A model generated the notes under the pieces. The model was not told where the DNA came from and did no database searches. It saw only the letters and a list, made by a program, of their open reading frames with translations. Of a stretch of DNA of 64,000 nt, positions 30,317 to 40,666 are shown piece by piece. Numbering within the stretch: position 1 is the stretch's first letter; every line of letters begins with the position of its first letter. Source of the stretch: Candidatus Poribacteria bacterium (GTDB lineage: Bacteria > Poribacteria > WGA-4E > WGA-3G); assembly GCA_963665235.2 (NCBI GenBank), contig CAXXLX010000001.1, forward strand, positions 992,001-1,056,000, written 5' to 3'. The position numbers and the translations under genes are program-made.

Positions 30317-33300
30317 TCATTGCGCCGCTTGAACGGTGATATTGACCCATCTGCTTTTTGCGGAACCTGCAGCGTTGGTCGCTGTAAATTGAAGACCACG
30401 CTTTTCAACTCCTGACACCGTGCCACTTAAAACACCATTCCCAAATGACAAGCCAGCAGGAATACGCCCAGCTGTCTTCGTTATCGTCGGACTTCCTGAC
30501 ACATAACTCTTTAAGTCTAAACGAAAACTATCCCCCACAGTGAGCGTGAAGGGAGCTGGTATATCACTCCAAACCGGGGCTGCCACTGCGGCTTGGGGCG
30601 TTACAACGACTTTAGACGAGGCTGAACCCGAACCCGCACTATTCACAGCACGCACCCGAAACGCATAAACCGTGTTGTTTGTTAAGCCTGTTATCGTAAC
30701 GGATGGGCTGCTGCCGCTGCCTGTAGAAACCCAACTTCGCCAGGTGCCATCATTGTTGGTATCTCTGCGATATTCGTAATCGGTTATTGTACCGCCACCA
30801 TCTGAAGAGGGCGCGTACCAAGATAGCGTGACCTCTCCATCCCCTGCGGTTGCCTGTAGATTCAGAGGTGCCCCCGGCGTGGATACTATAAAGCGCGGTG
30901 TAGCGGTAGCCGTATACGAGGCTGACCCTGAACCCGCACTATTCACAGCACGCACGCTAAACACATAAGTTGTGCCGTTGGTGAGACCACTAATTACTTT
31001 ACCTGTTAAAGTCCAACCTACTGATGTCCACGCCCCCCAAGTCGTGGCACTATTTTCTCTATACCGGTATTCGTAATCCGTAATTGTAGCACCGCCATCA
31101 TCACTTGGGGCTTCCCATATCAAGGCGACCCCTCCATCGCTGCCAAAGGCTTGCAAATTACGCGGTGCCCCCGGCGCGAATATTGGAAGTTCCGGGGTTG
31201 CCCCATACGGTCCACTCCATGCACCACCCCCCACGCTATTCTTCGCACGCACCCGGAATTGGTAAAACGTACCATTCGTGAGCCCTGTTACAGTCTCCGA
31301 TAGGTCGGTGCCGGCGGATATCCACGGACTGAAGTAACCGCTGGTACCGACACGATAATCGTATTCGTAAACGGTAATCACAGTACCACCATTAGAAATA
31401 GGGGATTCCCAGGTAAGGGTTACCACACGATCTCCTGCGGTCAACGTTAAATTTTGCGGGGCAGTAGGCACAGTCGCCGGGGTTGCATAGGCGGTATTCG
31501 AGACTACGCTTTTACCCGCACTATTAACAGCTCGCACCTGGAATTGGTATTGGACACCGTTGGTTAGACCAAAAACCGATGCTAAGGTGTTGGTATTACC
31601 CCACGATGTCCATGCGCTATAGGTCTGATAGGTGCGACTATATCGGTATTCGTAATCGGTAATCGTAGCACCCCCATTGGAGCTAGGAGCTATCCAGGAT
31701 AAGCTGACCCATAGCAGCTGTCCAAGAGAGGCGGACTTGACCATTCCCTGCCGACATACTTAAACCGGTTGGCGAGTCTGGTAGCGCGGGCGTATTCGTA
31801 GCACCGTCATCGCCTGAATTCTGATTTTGCTGATTGTCACTATCATCGGTGTCTGGTGGTGTCCACTGCGGTTTCGTTTTACGAAGCGGATTGGCTTTAG
31901 AGTTCTGACCCCGATCTGCCGCATTAACCATATTATACCATTTTTATTAATTATTCTACCATTACCAGTTGTTAGAAATGAAACGGAGAACGGCACAAAC
32001 TGGAAGTTTATGCTACAAGAAAGAGACATTTTCAATTAGAAATGGTATTATATTGTTTCTTGTGTAGCTTGGCGGGATACGGGTAACCAGCTTGATGTAA
32101 TTTTTCGACGATATCAGCGTAATCCTCACGTTTTTCATTGTCCGACAGTTTGGTTCCATCGTTCCACTTGTCAGCTACTTCCGTATCCTGCATAATCGAA
32201 TGACCGTGTCGTTCATTATAATGCTTTTCTTGTAATTCATCTGTTGCATGGTCTAATTCAATACAGTGTCCAATTTCATGTCCAATAGTTCCCTTCAATT
32301 CTTCGAGGTAGTAGTTTTTATAATAATTATCTAAGTCCGGATGCTTATCTATCCGTTGCAAGTCCTTTGCAATACGATGCGGATACACGCGACAATATTG
32401 AACAAGATATGGCACGGTGGCCCGCGGTGCCACGACACCCTGGTCCCCCTGATGCGAATCCTTAATCTCGTCATCAGCGGAAGCATTTACAACATAAACG
32501 GCACTTTGAGGGTTTGGAGTACCACCCCTGATAGGTACATACCTTTTGCCATTTCCACAAGTATAACGACTTATCCGTCTGTTGTTAGATGCCATATTAT
32601 TTTTATCAATGAGGTGAATGGTAAATACGTCCGGAAGGTTTGACGCATAGCCATAACCTTCATCAAACTCGCTGTGAACAAAAAGGTCTTTTTCAGATGA
32701 CGGATCTGTGTCAACATGCTCACCACCGATCCAGAACCCGCGATACTCTTCAAAAACGGTAAGCCCATCTCCATTGTTTGTATTGCCATTGGGGCCGGCT
32801 TCGTCATCTCCCCACGGGTCGTAACCGGCGCGTCCTTCAATTACAAATGTATTATCCTCCCTCCAACCATCGGCAATGTCGTTGCCGTTATTGTCTTTAG
32901 GTATTGAAAGACTCGCATTCGCGGTGTCATTATTAGTGGGGGTATTATCTAGCTCCTGACCGTTCTCTCCTTTTTTCTCATTGAGACTTACGTTTCCATC
33001 GAGTATACCGTGGGCACCATAGTCATCAACAAAAACATATATCGGAATTCCTGTATGAGGCGATTTGCAGTAAACTGTCAATGTATCACTCGTTTTGCTA
33101 ACGCGATACTGTAATTGGTCCGTGTCTTTGGGTTGGTCACTTTGCCGGAAGTAAATATCCTTTTTATCGCCGGACTGGGGGCCCTCATTCATACAGAACC
33201 CTGTGTAATCGGAGACCTCTGTCAGGCTAAAAGTATAGTGAGTCGATGTAATGGCATCTATTGCATCTGAATCGGCCTCGATAGAAGCATTAATTACAAG

Positions 33301-33477
33301 CACTGTATCGTGTTCCGGTGTCCATGACTCCCACTTGGCGGGTGGCTTCAGGTCTAACGTAAAAGTGGTAGCGGGTTGCGTAGGCACCGCATCTGCTGCG
33401 TGAGTGGAATTAGTCAAAATAGATGAACAGATAAGAACCAGCGGTAAGAGTGAAACACTTAGATATTTGCGTATCAT
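30317..33477 (-). pseudogene. Secreted HExxH metallopeptidase-like / fibronectin type III repeat protein split into 3 ORFs
   Basis: Signal peptide and HEIGH in 32032-33477; linker and FN3 start in 31683-31931; FN3 repeats in 30317-31744; MITE removal fuses the first two in frame. Confidence 0.8.
31936..32047. mobile_element. TWA-family MITE, copy 4
   Basis: TIRs plus TTA TSD at 31933-31935 and 32048-32050. Confidence 0.88.
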
Positions 33478-34415
33478 CTGTTTTCTTCTTCACTTTTTCG
33501 TTTCATAGCGGGTTGTTCACGGATGAGATGTTTATACAAAGAAAGTCTTTTCATAGGTCCTGTAAACACTTCAGCCGCTTCAAAGTATGATAGTGCCTTT
33601 TCATATTCCCCCAAACTGTAGTAGGTTAGTCCTAAAACAAAGATAGGATCATACCACCACGGGTTTTGCTGATATGCTTTTTCGAGATAAGGTATCGCTT
33701 CGCGGGGTTCAGGATGGTGATAAGTTAGGTGGCATGCTAATTTATATAGAGCTTCTATTGAGTCTGGACGTAGTTCAACGAGCCTCCGACGTATCGCTTC
33801 CCCCTCATCCGGATTTTTATCTTGTATCATGGCACAATAGTAGCTAAGCGCACGAAAGTTATCGGGGTTTTCTGACAGCACTTCTTCAAACAGTTTCTTT
33901 GCTTCCGCTTTCCAACCAGCCAATTTCATAAGATATGCGCCGGTTGCGACCTTGTCTAACCCTTCACCGACAAGTGCTATGAACCTTTGTTCATTCACTT
34001 CGTCCGGAAGATCAATATCATAAGCAAACCTCTCTATTTTTCTCCATTTTTCTGTGCCTTCTCTAAGATGCCAGAAACCTTTATCGTCCACTCTTCTAAA
34101 GTGTTCCGGGTATTTTTGAACGAAATCGGGCGGTGGAAACGGAGACTTTGGCAGTCTATAGTGTCCATCGGGGCGATGTGGTGGGGTCTTTGGGAACTGT
34201 ATCGTTGTAAAAAAGGTATCGCCCGGCGGAGCTTCGGGCACCTTCGTGTATGCGGTGCTCCGGTGATGCTCGTGAGGCAGTGAACCGGCTGGTGTGTTTT
34301 CATCAGCAGCGGGTGCGCTCTTTTCTACGGTTTTCTGGCCGCACCCGGCACACCCACTGAGTAAGATTATCATTGTCAGAAATAACGTTGTAAGGTTTCC
34401 ACTGTGAAGGTTCAT
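33474..34415 (-). CDS. TPR lipoprotein (paralog 1)
   Basis: Lipobox LSGC; TPR motifs EAIPYLEKAYQ, LGLTYYSLGEYEKAL. Confidence 0.78.
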   Translation of the reverse strand: MNLHSGNLTTLFLTMIILLSGCAGCGQKTVEKSAPAADENTPAGSLPHEHHRSTAYTKVPEAPPGDTFFTTIQFPKTPPHRPDGHYRLPKSPFPPPDFVQKYPEHFRRVDDKGFWHLREGTEKWRKIERFAYDIDLPDEVNEQRFIALVGEGLDKVATGAYLMKLAGWKAEAKKLFEEVLSENPDNFRALSYYCAMIQDKNPDEGEAIRRRLVELRPDSIEALYKLACHLTYHHPEPREAIPYLEKAYQQNPWWYDPIFVLGLTYYSLGEYEKALSYFEAAEVFTGPMKRLSLYKHLIREQPAMKRKSEEENR

Positions 34416-34530
34416 GACGTTTCTCCTATTTTTCAACGCCTATAATCCATTGTTCGGCGGAACGTTGCGTCTGTTAAAAGAAAACTGATGACCAATAATA
34501 GAGGTCAAGTGAAAATAAGATGTTGTCGTG

Positions 34531-35481
34531 TCATTGTATGGCGATTCCTTTATTCTGTTTGGCTAAAATTATTCGGATAAGAGCAATACGAGTAGACGCG
34601 ACACCAGGGTGATTTCCTGCGAACCTTTGAAACCCTTGGAAGTATCTCAGTGATTTCTCAAACTCCCGTAATTCAAAATAAACTTGACCTAAAATCAAAA
34701 TAGGATCTGCCCAGTCCGGTTTGAGTTGATACGCTTTTTCAAGATAAGGTATCGCTTCACGGGGGGTGTCTTCGTTCTCCAAAATGAGCTGCCCTAAACT
34801 ATATAAGATTCTGATGTCATCAGGACGGGTTTGTAGCATGCGGAGATAGGTCGCTTTCACCTCATCCGGATTATCAAGTGAATGATACATACACCAATAA
34901 ATAAGCACCTCATAATCATTTGGATTTTGGGCGTATGCTTTATCTACCAATTCTTTCGCATAATCATTTGAGACATGTTTTGCCGCTATAAACAAGGCCC
35001 CAACAAGTGGGTCTAATCCTTCCGATAGTGCTTCTGCCAATTTTCTTCGATAGGCTTGTTCTGTGATTCCTTTAGAGCCGAATTCACCCTGCACTTGCGA
35101 CCATTTTTGAAATAATTCTTCCGTTTCATTGACACTCCAATATCCGTTTTCATGTATGACGAAGAGATGCGGGTTGTCTTTGATAACATTCGGGATTTCA
35201 AATGGATTCTTTGGTCTGTAGTGTCCATCGGCAGAGAGTTGTGGTTTGTCCGGGAAAACGATACTTTCAAAAAAAGTGTCGTTTTCAGGGGCTATGGGCT
35301 CCGTTGTATCTGGTGCGGGATGCCAGTGTCCATCGTGCCAGTATCCATTCGCTGTGTCTTGTTGCTCTGCTTCAATAGGTGTCTGCTCAGCGTTTTTCAC
35401 GCTACACCCACTACAGCCTGCTAACAAGAACAATGTTATCAGTAGCATTATGGTTGTGAAAGGGTCTATACGATATTTCAT
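34531..35481 (-). CDS. TPR lipoprotein (paralog 2)
   Basis: Lipobox LAGC; shares DTFF..I.FP..P...DGHYR and PREAIPYLEKAYQ with paralog 1. Confidence 0.78.
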   Translation of the reverse strand: MKYRIDPFTTIMLLITLFLLAGCSGCSVKNAEQTPIEAEQQDTANGYWHDGHWHPAPDTTEPIAPENDTFFESIVFPDKPQLSADGHYRPKNPFEIPNVIKDNPHLFVIHENGYWSVNETEELFQKWSQVQGEFGSKGITEQAYRRKLAEALSEGLDPLVGALFIAAKHVSNDYAKELVDKAYAQNPNDYEVLIYWCMYHSLDNPDEVKATYLRMLQTRPDDIRILYSLGQLILENEDTPREAIPYLEKAYQLKPDWADPILILGQVYFELREFEKSLRYFQGFQRFAGNHPGVASTRIALIRIILAKQNKGIAIQ

Positions 35482-35859
35482 CGGTTTTCTCCTTTTTTCA
35501 GGACTATTTAGTTTGAGGAGCGGGCTTGTCGCCCGCATACTACTCTTTTATTTTATAGCATTTTGAATGGACAGTCGCGAGCACAGCGCGTTCCTACAGA
35601 AGACTTTGAACAGAAATAGGTCTACCAGGCGGTTTTTCTCAGGCGTGAGCACAGCTCGCTCTTGAGGAGCGGCAGATTGCCCAGTATTCGGGCAAGCAGC
35701 CCGCTCCTCGTACTAAAAGAGTCGCGAGCAGAGCTCGCTCGGACAGAAGAAAACGATTGAAAATATGGAGAACTAGATGACCCTGCCACCCCTTATCAGG
35801 GAGACGACGTTACATACAAACGGTGAGTGCCTTTGAATCGGCACTTATTGCGGAATATA

Positions 35860-36684
35860 TCAAGCCACCCACGGCTCAAGCCCGAGAAGTTTTTTCCCTA
35901 GCGGGGTTAGTTCAGCTGTTTTGCCTTGGTGATGCTCCTTCTCTTTCTTGTTTCCACCGAGACCGGTTAAACGTTCACGCCATCCTGTCACCCGGTGTTC
36001 GCTTGTCTCTGTGCCGTTATTCGGTGCGGGTGACATCGTGATGTATTGCGCCATCCGTGGACGTTCAGCAGAGTTCGGGCTGCTGCCGTGCGGCAATGCG
36101 CTGTGCCAGATAACCAAATCCCCTGCGTTTCCCGCAACCGGCACCGCTTCCGATTGATATTCGCGTATCACCTGCTGTGGGGGGGTATCTTCAGGCAAGG
36201 TCTTTAACCACGCCTCTAATTTCTTATGGAAACCGGGGATACAGGTAAACGCTCCCTGATTACTGGGGGTATCCGCGAGGTATAACACACCTTGTACCCT
36301 TAGACGCACCGGCATATCGTTCAACGACATATCCCAATGCAGATAGGGGCCGGTGAACTTCCACTCTGGCCGTTCGGGCGGGTTCATACTTGCGCGGTCA
36401 AAACTAACCCAGAGTTTATCATTTCCCCAGATTTCAGTGAACGCTTGATGGATGCGCGGATATTGGCGGTTGTTCCACAACGCTTGATGTTGATAAATTT
36501 CCACCATAATCGTCCGCCGAGGGGGGTCGGGGTACCAGCTCTCCGGGTCATCGCCATTCATCTCAAGGAAATCCCAGACCGCTTGCTCAGCGGCGCGGCA
36601 ATTTTCAAGCGGAACGGCTTCCGGTACAACAACGTAACCATTTTCTTCCCAAAATTCTAAAGCTTCTGCATCAAAAACAGGCAT
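35860..36684 (-). CDS. Phytanoyl-CoA dioxygenase (PhyH) family protein
   Basis: LHWD, IPGFH and GDLVIWHSALPHG motifs. Confidence 0.88.
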   Translation of the reverse strand: MPVFDAEALEFWEENGYVVVPEAVPLENCRAAEQAVWDFLEMNGDDPESWYPDPPRRTIMVEIYQHQALWNNRQYPRIHQAFTEIWGNDKLWVSFDRASMNPPERPEWKFTGPYLHWDMSLNDMPVRLRVQGVLYLADTPSNQGAFTCIPGFHKKLEAWLKTLPEDTPPQQVIREYQSEAVPVAGNAGDLVIWHSALPHGSSPNSAERPRMAQYITMSPAPNNGTETSEHRVTGWRERLTGLGGNKKEKEHHQGKTAELTPLGKKLLGLEPWVA

Positions 36685-36741
36685 AATTTTTCTCCAATAT
36701 ATAGTAGTAGGCACGAGGTGTGTGCTGTTAACTCTCTTGAT

Positions 36742-37425
36742 TTAGGATATAAAATGCTGTCTTGCATATTCAAGTCGTTCCGGCACACCGATATCAATCC
36801 AGTCCGTTTCAACTGTGTGAACATAGAATTGTGTTAGGTGTGGGAAAACATCGTGTTCAATAGAAAAGGTATCGCTTTTTGGAAAAGCGTCAACAATAGC
36901 ACGGTTGAAAAGAAAAACTGCCCCGTTTGCACAACCGGGGCGTGCCTCCTGCTGTTTCTCGCGAAACTCGGTTATACGGCCCTGTGCGTCAGCGACGATT
37001 TCACCGTAGGAGCGGAGGTCATCCACTGAAACACCGAGCACTAACCCCTCCATTTCAGGACGCAGGCGGGCAAGCATGTCAGCCAAAGCGATATCTTTCA
37101 ACAAAATATCACCGTGTAAAACAAACACAGGAAAGCTGCGTACATAGCGGAACGCGTTCTGAATTGCACCACCGGTACCGAGCGGTTTCTCCTCTTGTGC
37201 ATACAGGATTTTCACACCAGCATAGCTGTCACCGACATGCTCATAAAGCACATCGTGCAAGTGTCCGGAGGCGAGAATCACTTCTGTCACCCCCGCCGCT
37301 TTTAGGAGTGCTACCTGCCATTCCAAAACGGTGCGTTCCCCAACTTTGAGGAGGATTTTCGGCAGCTTTTCCGTTGTTTTTCCGAGTCGGGTGGACAGGC
37401 CACCACAAAGAATAACCGCTTGCAT
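36742..37425 (-). CDS. Sugar-phosphate nucleotidyltransferase
   Basis: AVILCGGLSTRL..PK, EEKPLGTGGAI and WIDIG motifs. Confidence 0.88.
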   Translation of the reverse strand: MQAVILCGGLSTRLGKTTEKLPKILLKVGERTVLEWQVALLKAAGVTEVILASGHLHDVLYEHVGDSYAGVKILYAQEEKPLGTGGAIQNAFRYVRSFPVFVLHGDILLKDIALADMLARLRPEMEGLVLGVSVDDLRSYGEIVADAQGRITEFREKQQEARPGCANGAVFLFNRAIVDAFPKSDTFSIEHDVFPHLTQFYVHTVETDWIDIGVPERLEYARQHFIS

Positions 37426-37532
37426 GATTGGTAATTGGTAGCGTTCCGTAATGGCTAGCCGATGATATTAACCTGTATATTGAAGAGCAGGCTGTTTGCC
37501 TGAAGCCTGTGCAATACTATGTATTTCACATC

Positions 37533-39119
37533 TTATACGGTTTGCAAGTTGCTTATAGAAAGCAACCAGGGTTCATCTACCAAAGCACGCAGGAATATCC
37601 CGCGTGCGCCATTCAAATCTCTGTCCATCTTAAGACCTGTGCTATCTTTGATAACTTTAGCCCCGCCTAAGTTTTTGACAATCTCGCCTGTCCAAGACAC
37701 TGTTTTTGACGTGTAAGCCTCACAGACATCCAGCACAAGACATCCAGTTTCTTTTGCTTTATGCCTAAGGAACTGTTTGAAACGGTAATGGGAGAGAGTC
37801 AACATTTGGCGGACTGTTCTTTTATGGAGTTTGCGTCCACTTTTACAAGTCTTATGAGAAGTCTCAAAAGTGGGGAGTAAGATAATATCAAAGTTATCGA
37901 CAAGCCACCGTGCGACTTTCTTATGCAACTCATCCACAAGGTTTCTAATCCGTTTTCTGATACGATTTGCGGCACGTCTCATGTTCTTCTTTGCCTGTTG
38001 CTTAGTTGCTTTAGAGGCACGGGATAATAGGTCGTCAAGATATGAACAAAGTCGTTGAATACGATTAATCGCATGGTGTCCGAGCCAGCCGAACCCATGC
38101 TCATGAAAATATGTAAGGAATGTCCTAACACCGGGGTCAAGTGCGACGACACGTCCGTTTGGTTTTCGCTTTCGTATCGTCACACTATAACTGACACACA
38201 AATAATAGTGTGTGCCATCTTTGACCAAGCGGGAGTCTTTGATATTTTCAGGGAGACGCTCACTCAGTCGAAGTTTTCCTAACTTTGTGTGATAAACACC
38301 CTTTTCAGATATGGCAGCTTTGGGTATAAAGATACTATCTGAAGGGTTTCGTTTAGATTTAAAAGAAACAGATTGAAACTGTCCTATTTTCTGACATTTC
38401 TGCTTCGCTGCGCGAACAGCAAGACAGGCATCACGGATAGCAACTGACTTAATTTGATAAGGAACAGGGGTTGCCCAATCCGGCAGGGCATCAAGGATAC
38501 CTGTCTTAATCGCTATCCAGTTGGCATGTGTGTCCGTGTCGTTCAACAAAGCAACCGTTTTGTTGTAGGTCCAACGTGCTGTGCCTATCCATTGCCGCAG
38601 TGTCTCACGTTGTTCGCTTGATGGATAAACTCTTATCCTCTTTGATTTTATCACGGGAACTTCGGAGTCCATGCAGTCTGCAACTGAAGACATGCAGGAT
38701 GGCGAGAAGATCCGACTTGAGCTCTTCTTCCGGGCTGTGTTCTGTTTGGTCAAGAACCACGAGTTCGCCACCGTTTTGTTCAACGAGGTATCGTATAAGG
38801 TCGATACCGAACCGGGCGAGACGAGCCCGATGGGCAATAACAACCTCGAACTTATCACCTTGCATAAGCCGGTCCAGTAAGGTTTAGGTCCCTTTTCTTT
38901 TGAAGTTAAGACCGCTTCCGATGTCTCTAATAATTTCTGCTTCGGGGTAGATACTTCGCATAAAAGCGACTTGGCGTTCAAGGGCGTCTCTTTGCTTGGT
39001 GCTCGATACCCGGCAATAGCAAACAGTGGCAACTGATTTGGATTGGCTTTTGATGTATCTGTCAACATCGTAGCGTCTGTGTCCGCCTCCAGTGCGGATA
39101 ATATCAATCTTTCCTTCAT
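37533..39119 (-). CDS. tnpB: TnpB RNA-guided nuclease (IS607 / pro-Fanzor-like); start uncertain
   Basis: ALDPG, IILLP, CEAYTSKT and DRDLNGARGI motifs. Confidence 0.88.
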   Translation of the reverse strand: MKERLILSALEADTDATMLTDTSKANPNQLPLFAIAGYRAPSKETPLNAKSLLCEVSTPKQKLLETSEAVLTSKEKGPKPYWTGLCKVISSRLLLPIGLVSPGSVSTLYDTSLNKTVANSWFLTKQNTARKKSSSRIFSPSCMSSVADCMDSEVPVIKSKRIRVYPSSEQRETLRQWIGTARWTYNKTVALLNDTDTHANWIAIKTGILDALPDWATPVPYQIKSVAIRDACLAVRAAKQKCQKIGQFQSVSFKSKRNPSDSIFIPKAAISEKGVYHTKLGKLRLSERLPENIKDSRLVKDGTHYYLCVSYSVTIRKRKPNGRVVALDPGVRTFLTYFHEHGFGWLGHHAINRIQRLCSYLDDLLSRASKATKQQAKKNMRRAANRIRKRIRNLVDELHKKVARWLVDNFDIILLPTFETSHKTCKSGRKLHKRTVRQMLTLSHYRFKQFLRHKAKETGCLVLDVCEAYTSKTVSWTGEIVKNLGGAKVIKDSTGLKMDRDLNGARGIFLRALVDEPWLLSISNLQTV

Positions 39120-39192
39120 TTGCTAATCTCCGTAAGTGTGCCGGGGTATAATCAAGCAACTCGCTCGCTTTTTTTGCTGATACATAAGTCAT
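38605..39192 (-). pseudogene. tnpA: IS607 TnpA serine recombinase with in-frame TAA
   Basis: MerR-like HTH (GGHRRY), YCRVSS, DIGSGLNFKRKG; stop at 38884-38886, same frame resumes. Confidence 0.85.
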
Positions 39193-39267
39193 TGTATATA
39201 TGATAACACAAATATCGCGAAATGTAAAGAAATATACAGATTTTATGCTACTGTTCCGCTACCTTCA

Positions 39268-39642
39268 TTAGGCTTGGAACTCAAATGCATTCTCAATTTG
39301 TTCAAGCCGTAACAATTCACACTGCGGTGACAAGTAGATAGCGATAACATCAAAGCGGCAAGGTGCGTTCAATAGATTTTGTGCCTGCAAATACGCCAAC
39401 GCAATTTTGGAAATTTGCCGCTGTTTTCGGCGTGTCACCGCAGCTTGAGGCAACCCAAACTTCAGGCTGCGCCGCGTTTTAACTTCCACAAAAACGATAC
39501 GCTCCCCATCTTGTGCAACTAAATCAATCTCGCCACGTTGGAAACGATAGTTCTGTGCAAGGATTTGATACCCTTGTGTCTTGAGATGCTCCACTGCGAA
39601 CTTTTCGCCAAGCTTTGCAACGTCCAGCCGTGAATGACGCAT
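39268..39642 (-). CDS. yraN: YraN family endonuclease
   Basis: GEIDLVA, FVEVKTR and RFDVI motifs. Confidence 0.9.
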   Translation of the reverse strand: MRHSRLDVAKLGEKFAVEHLKTQGYQILAQNYRFQRGEIDLVAQDGERIVFVEVKTRRSLKFGLPQAAVTRRKQRQISKIALAYLQAQNLLNAPCRFDVIAIYLSPQCELLRLEQIENAFEFQA

Positions 39643-39687
39643 GTGTGCTTTCCAAATTGTACGAAAATAGCTATCGGCACCCGGCGG

Positions 39688-40317
39688 TTAAAACCAGAAC
39701 GTATCCGGGAGCAGTTTAAAGGTGGACCGATGAATCTCTGATGGACCAAATTCAGCAATTGCCTGACGATGCTGCCGTGTAGGGTACCCTTTATGTTGCG
39801 CGAACCCGTAGTTTGGGTACGTCTGATGTAGTTCAATCATCAGTCTATCGCGTGTTGTTTTAGCGATAACGGAAGCCGCCGCGACGGAGCAGCTGAGGCT
39901 ATCCCCCTTCGGAATCGCTTTTCCGACAATACCTGTGTCAGGCAGATGTAAACCGTCAACAAGCAGATAGTCCGGTTGCGATGTGAGTTGCCCAACCGCT
40001 TCCTTCATCGCCACTAACGTCGCACCTAAAATATTGTGCCTCGCGATAACATCGGGGCTCGCTGAACCGACACCTACTGAAACAGCCACACGTTGGATTT
40101 CGGCAAACAGCTGCGCCCGTTGTTTTGGGGTCAACTGCTTTGAATCCCTCAAACCGGTAATGTGGCAATTGCGCGGGAGAATAACAGCAGCAGCGACAAC
40201 CGGTCCAGCCAAAGCTCCCCTGCCTGCTTCATCAACCCCCGCGAGCTGTTTGTAGCCGTTCTGATAGCATTCACGTTCAAAAACGTTCAGCTGATTAGCG
40301 TCTACGTTCTTTGACAC
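39688..40317 (-). CDS. rnhB: Ribonuclease HII
   Basis: [22 protein letters not shown] and HKGYPT motifs; GTG start inferred. Confidence 0.93.
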   Translation of the reverse strand: MSKNVDANQLNVFERECYQNGYKQLAGVDEAGRGALAGPVVAAAVILPRNCHITGLRDSKQLTPKQRAQLFAEIQRVAVSVGVGSASPDVIARHNILGATLVAMKEAVGQLTSQPDYLLVDGLHLPDTGIVGKAIPKGDSLSCSVAAASVIAKTTRDRLMIELHQTYPNYGFAQHKGYPTRQHRQAIAEFGPSEIHRSTFKLLPDTFWF

Positions 40318-40639
40318 GTGCTGCCCTTCCAGAGCGGTCTCGCAAATAATATAATTTCGCGCGTCGGACCGCACCGTACCGAACGACCTGAATACTGTCA
40401 ATATTCGGTGAATGGAGTGGAAATGTCCGTTCACTTCCCTCGCCAAATGCGACGCGACGCACCGTAAATGTGGCGCGCAAGCCGCCGTGTGCCCGACGAA
40501 TTACAGTGCCTTCGTAAGCCTGAATTCGTTTCTTCTCTCCCTCGCCGATAAGGGTATTCACCCGAACAACATCGCCAGGGCCAAACTCAGGAATATCACT
40601 CTTCATATATTCACTTTCAACGGATTCAATCAAATTCAT
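40295..40639 (-). CDS. rplS: 50S ribosomal protein L19
   Basis: RIQAYEG and [10 protein letters not shown] motifs. Confidence 0.96.
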   Translation of the reverse strand: MNLIESVESEYMKSDIPEFGPGDVVRVNTLIGEGEKKRIQAYEGTVIRRAHGGLRATFTVRRVAFGEGSERTFPLHSPNIDSIQVVRYGAVRRAKLYYLRDRSGRAARVKERRR

Positions 40640-40666
40640 TTTCTTCTCCTCCTTGTAGTTAATATT

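Larger units (their letters stand above)
37459..39257 (-). mobile_element. IS607-family element, copy 1
   Basis: tnpA serine recombinase plus tnpB; ends GGAACAGTAGCATAAAATC and GTTAATATCATCGG shared with copy 2. Confidence 0.9.

Noticed and set aside
39241-39252. TTTATGCTAC shared by the IS607 left end and the MITE REP unit
   Set aside because: Only 10 bp with unrelated flanks; likely coincidence
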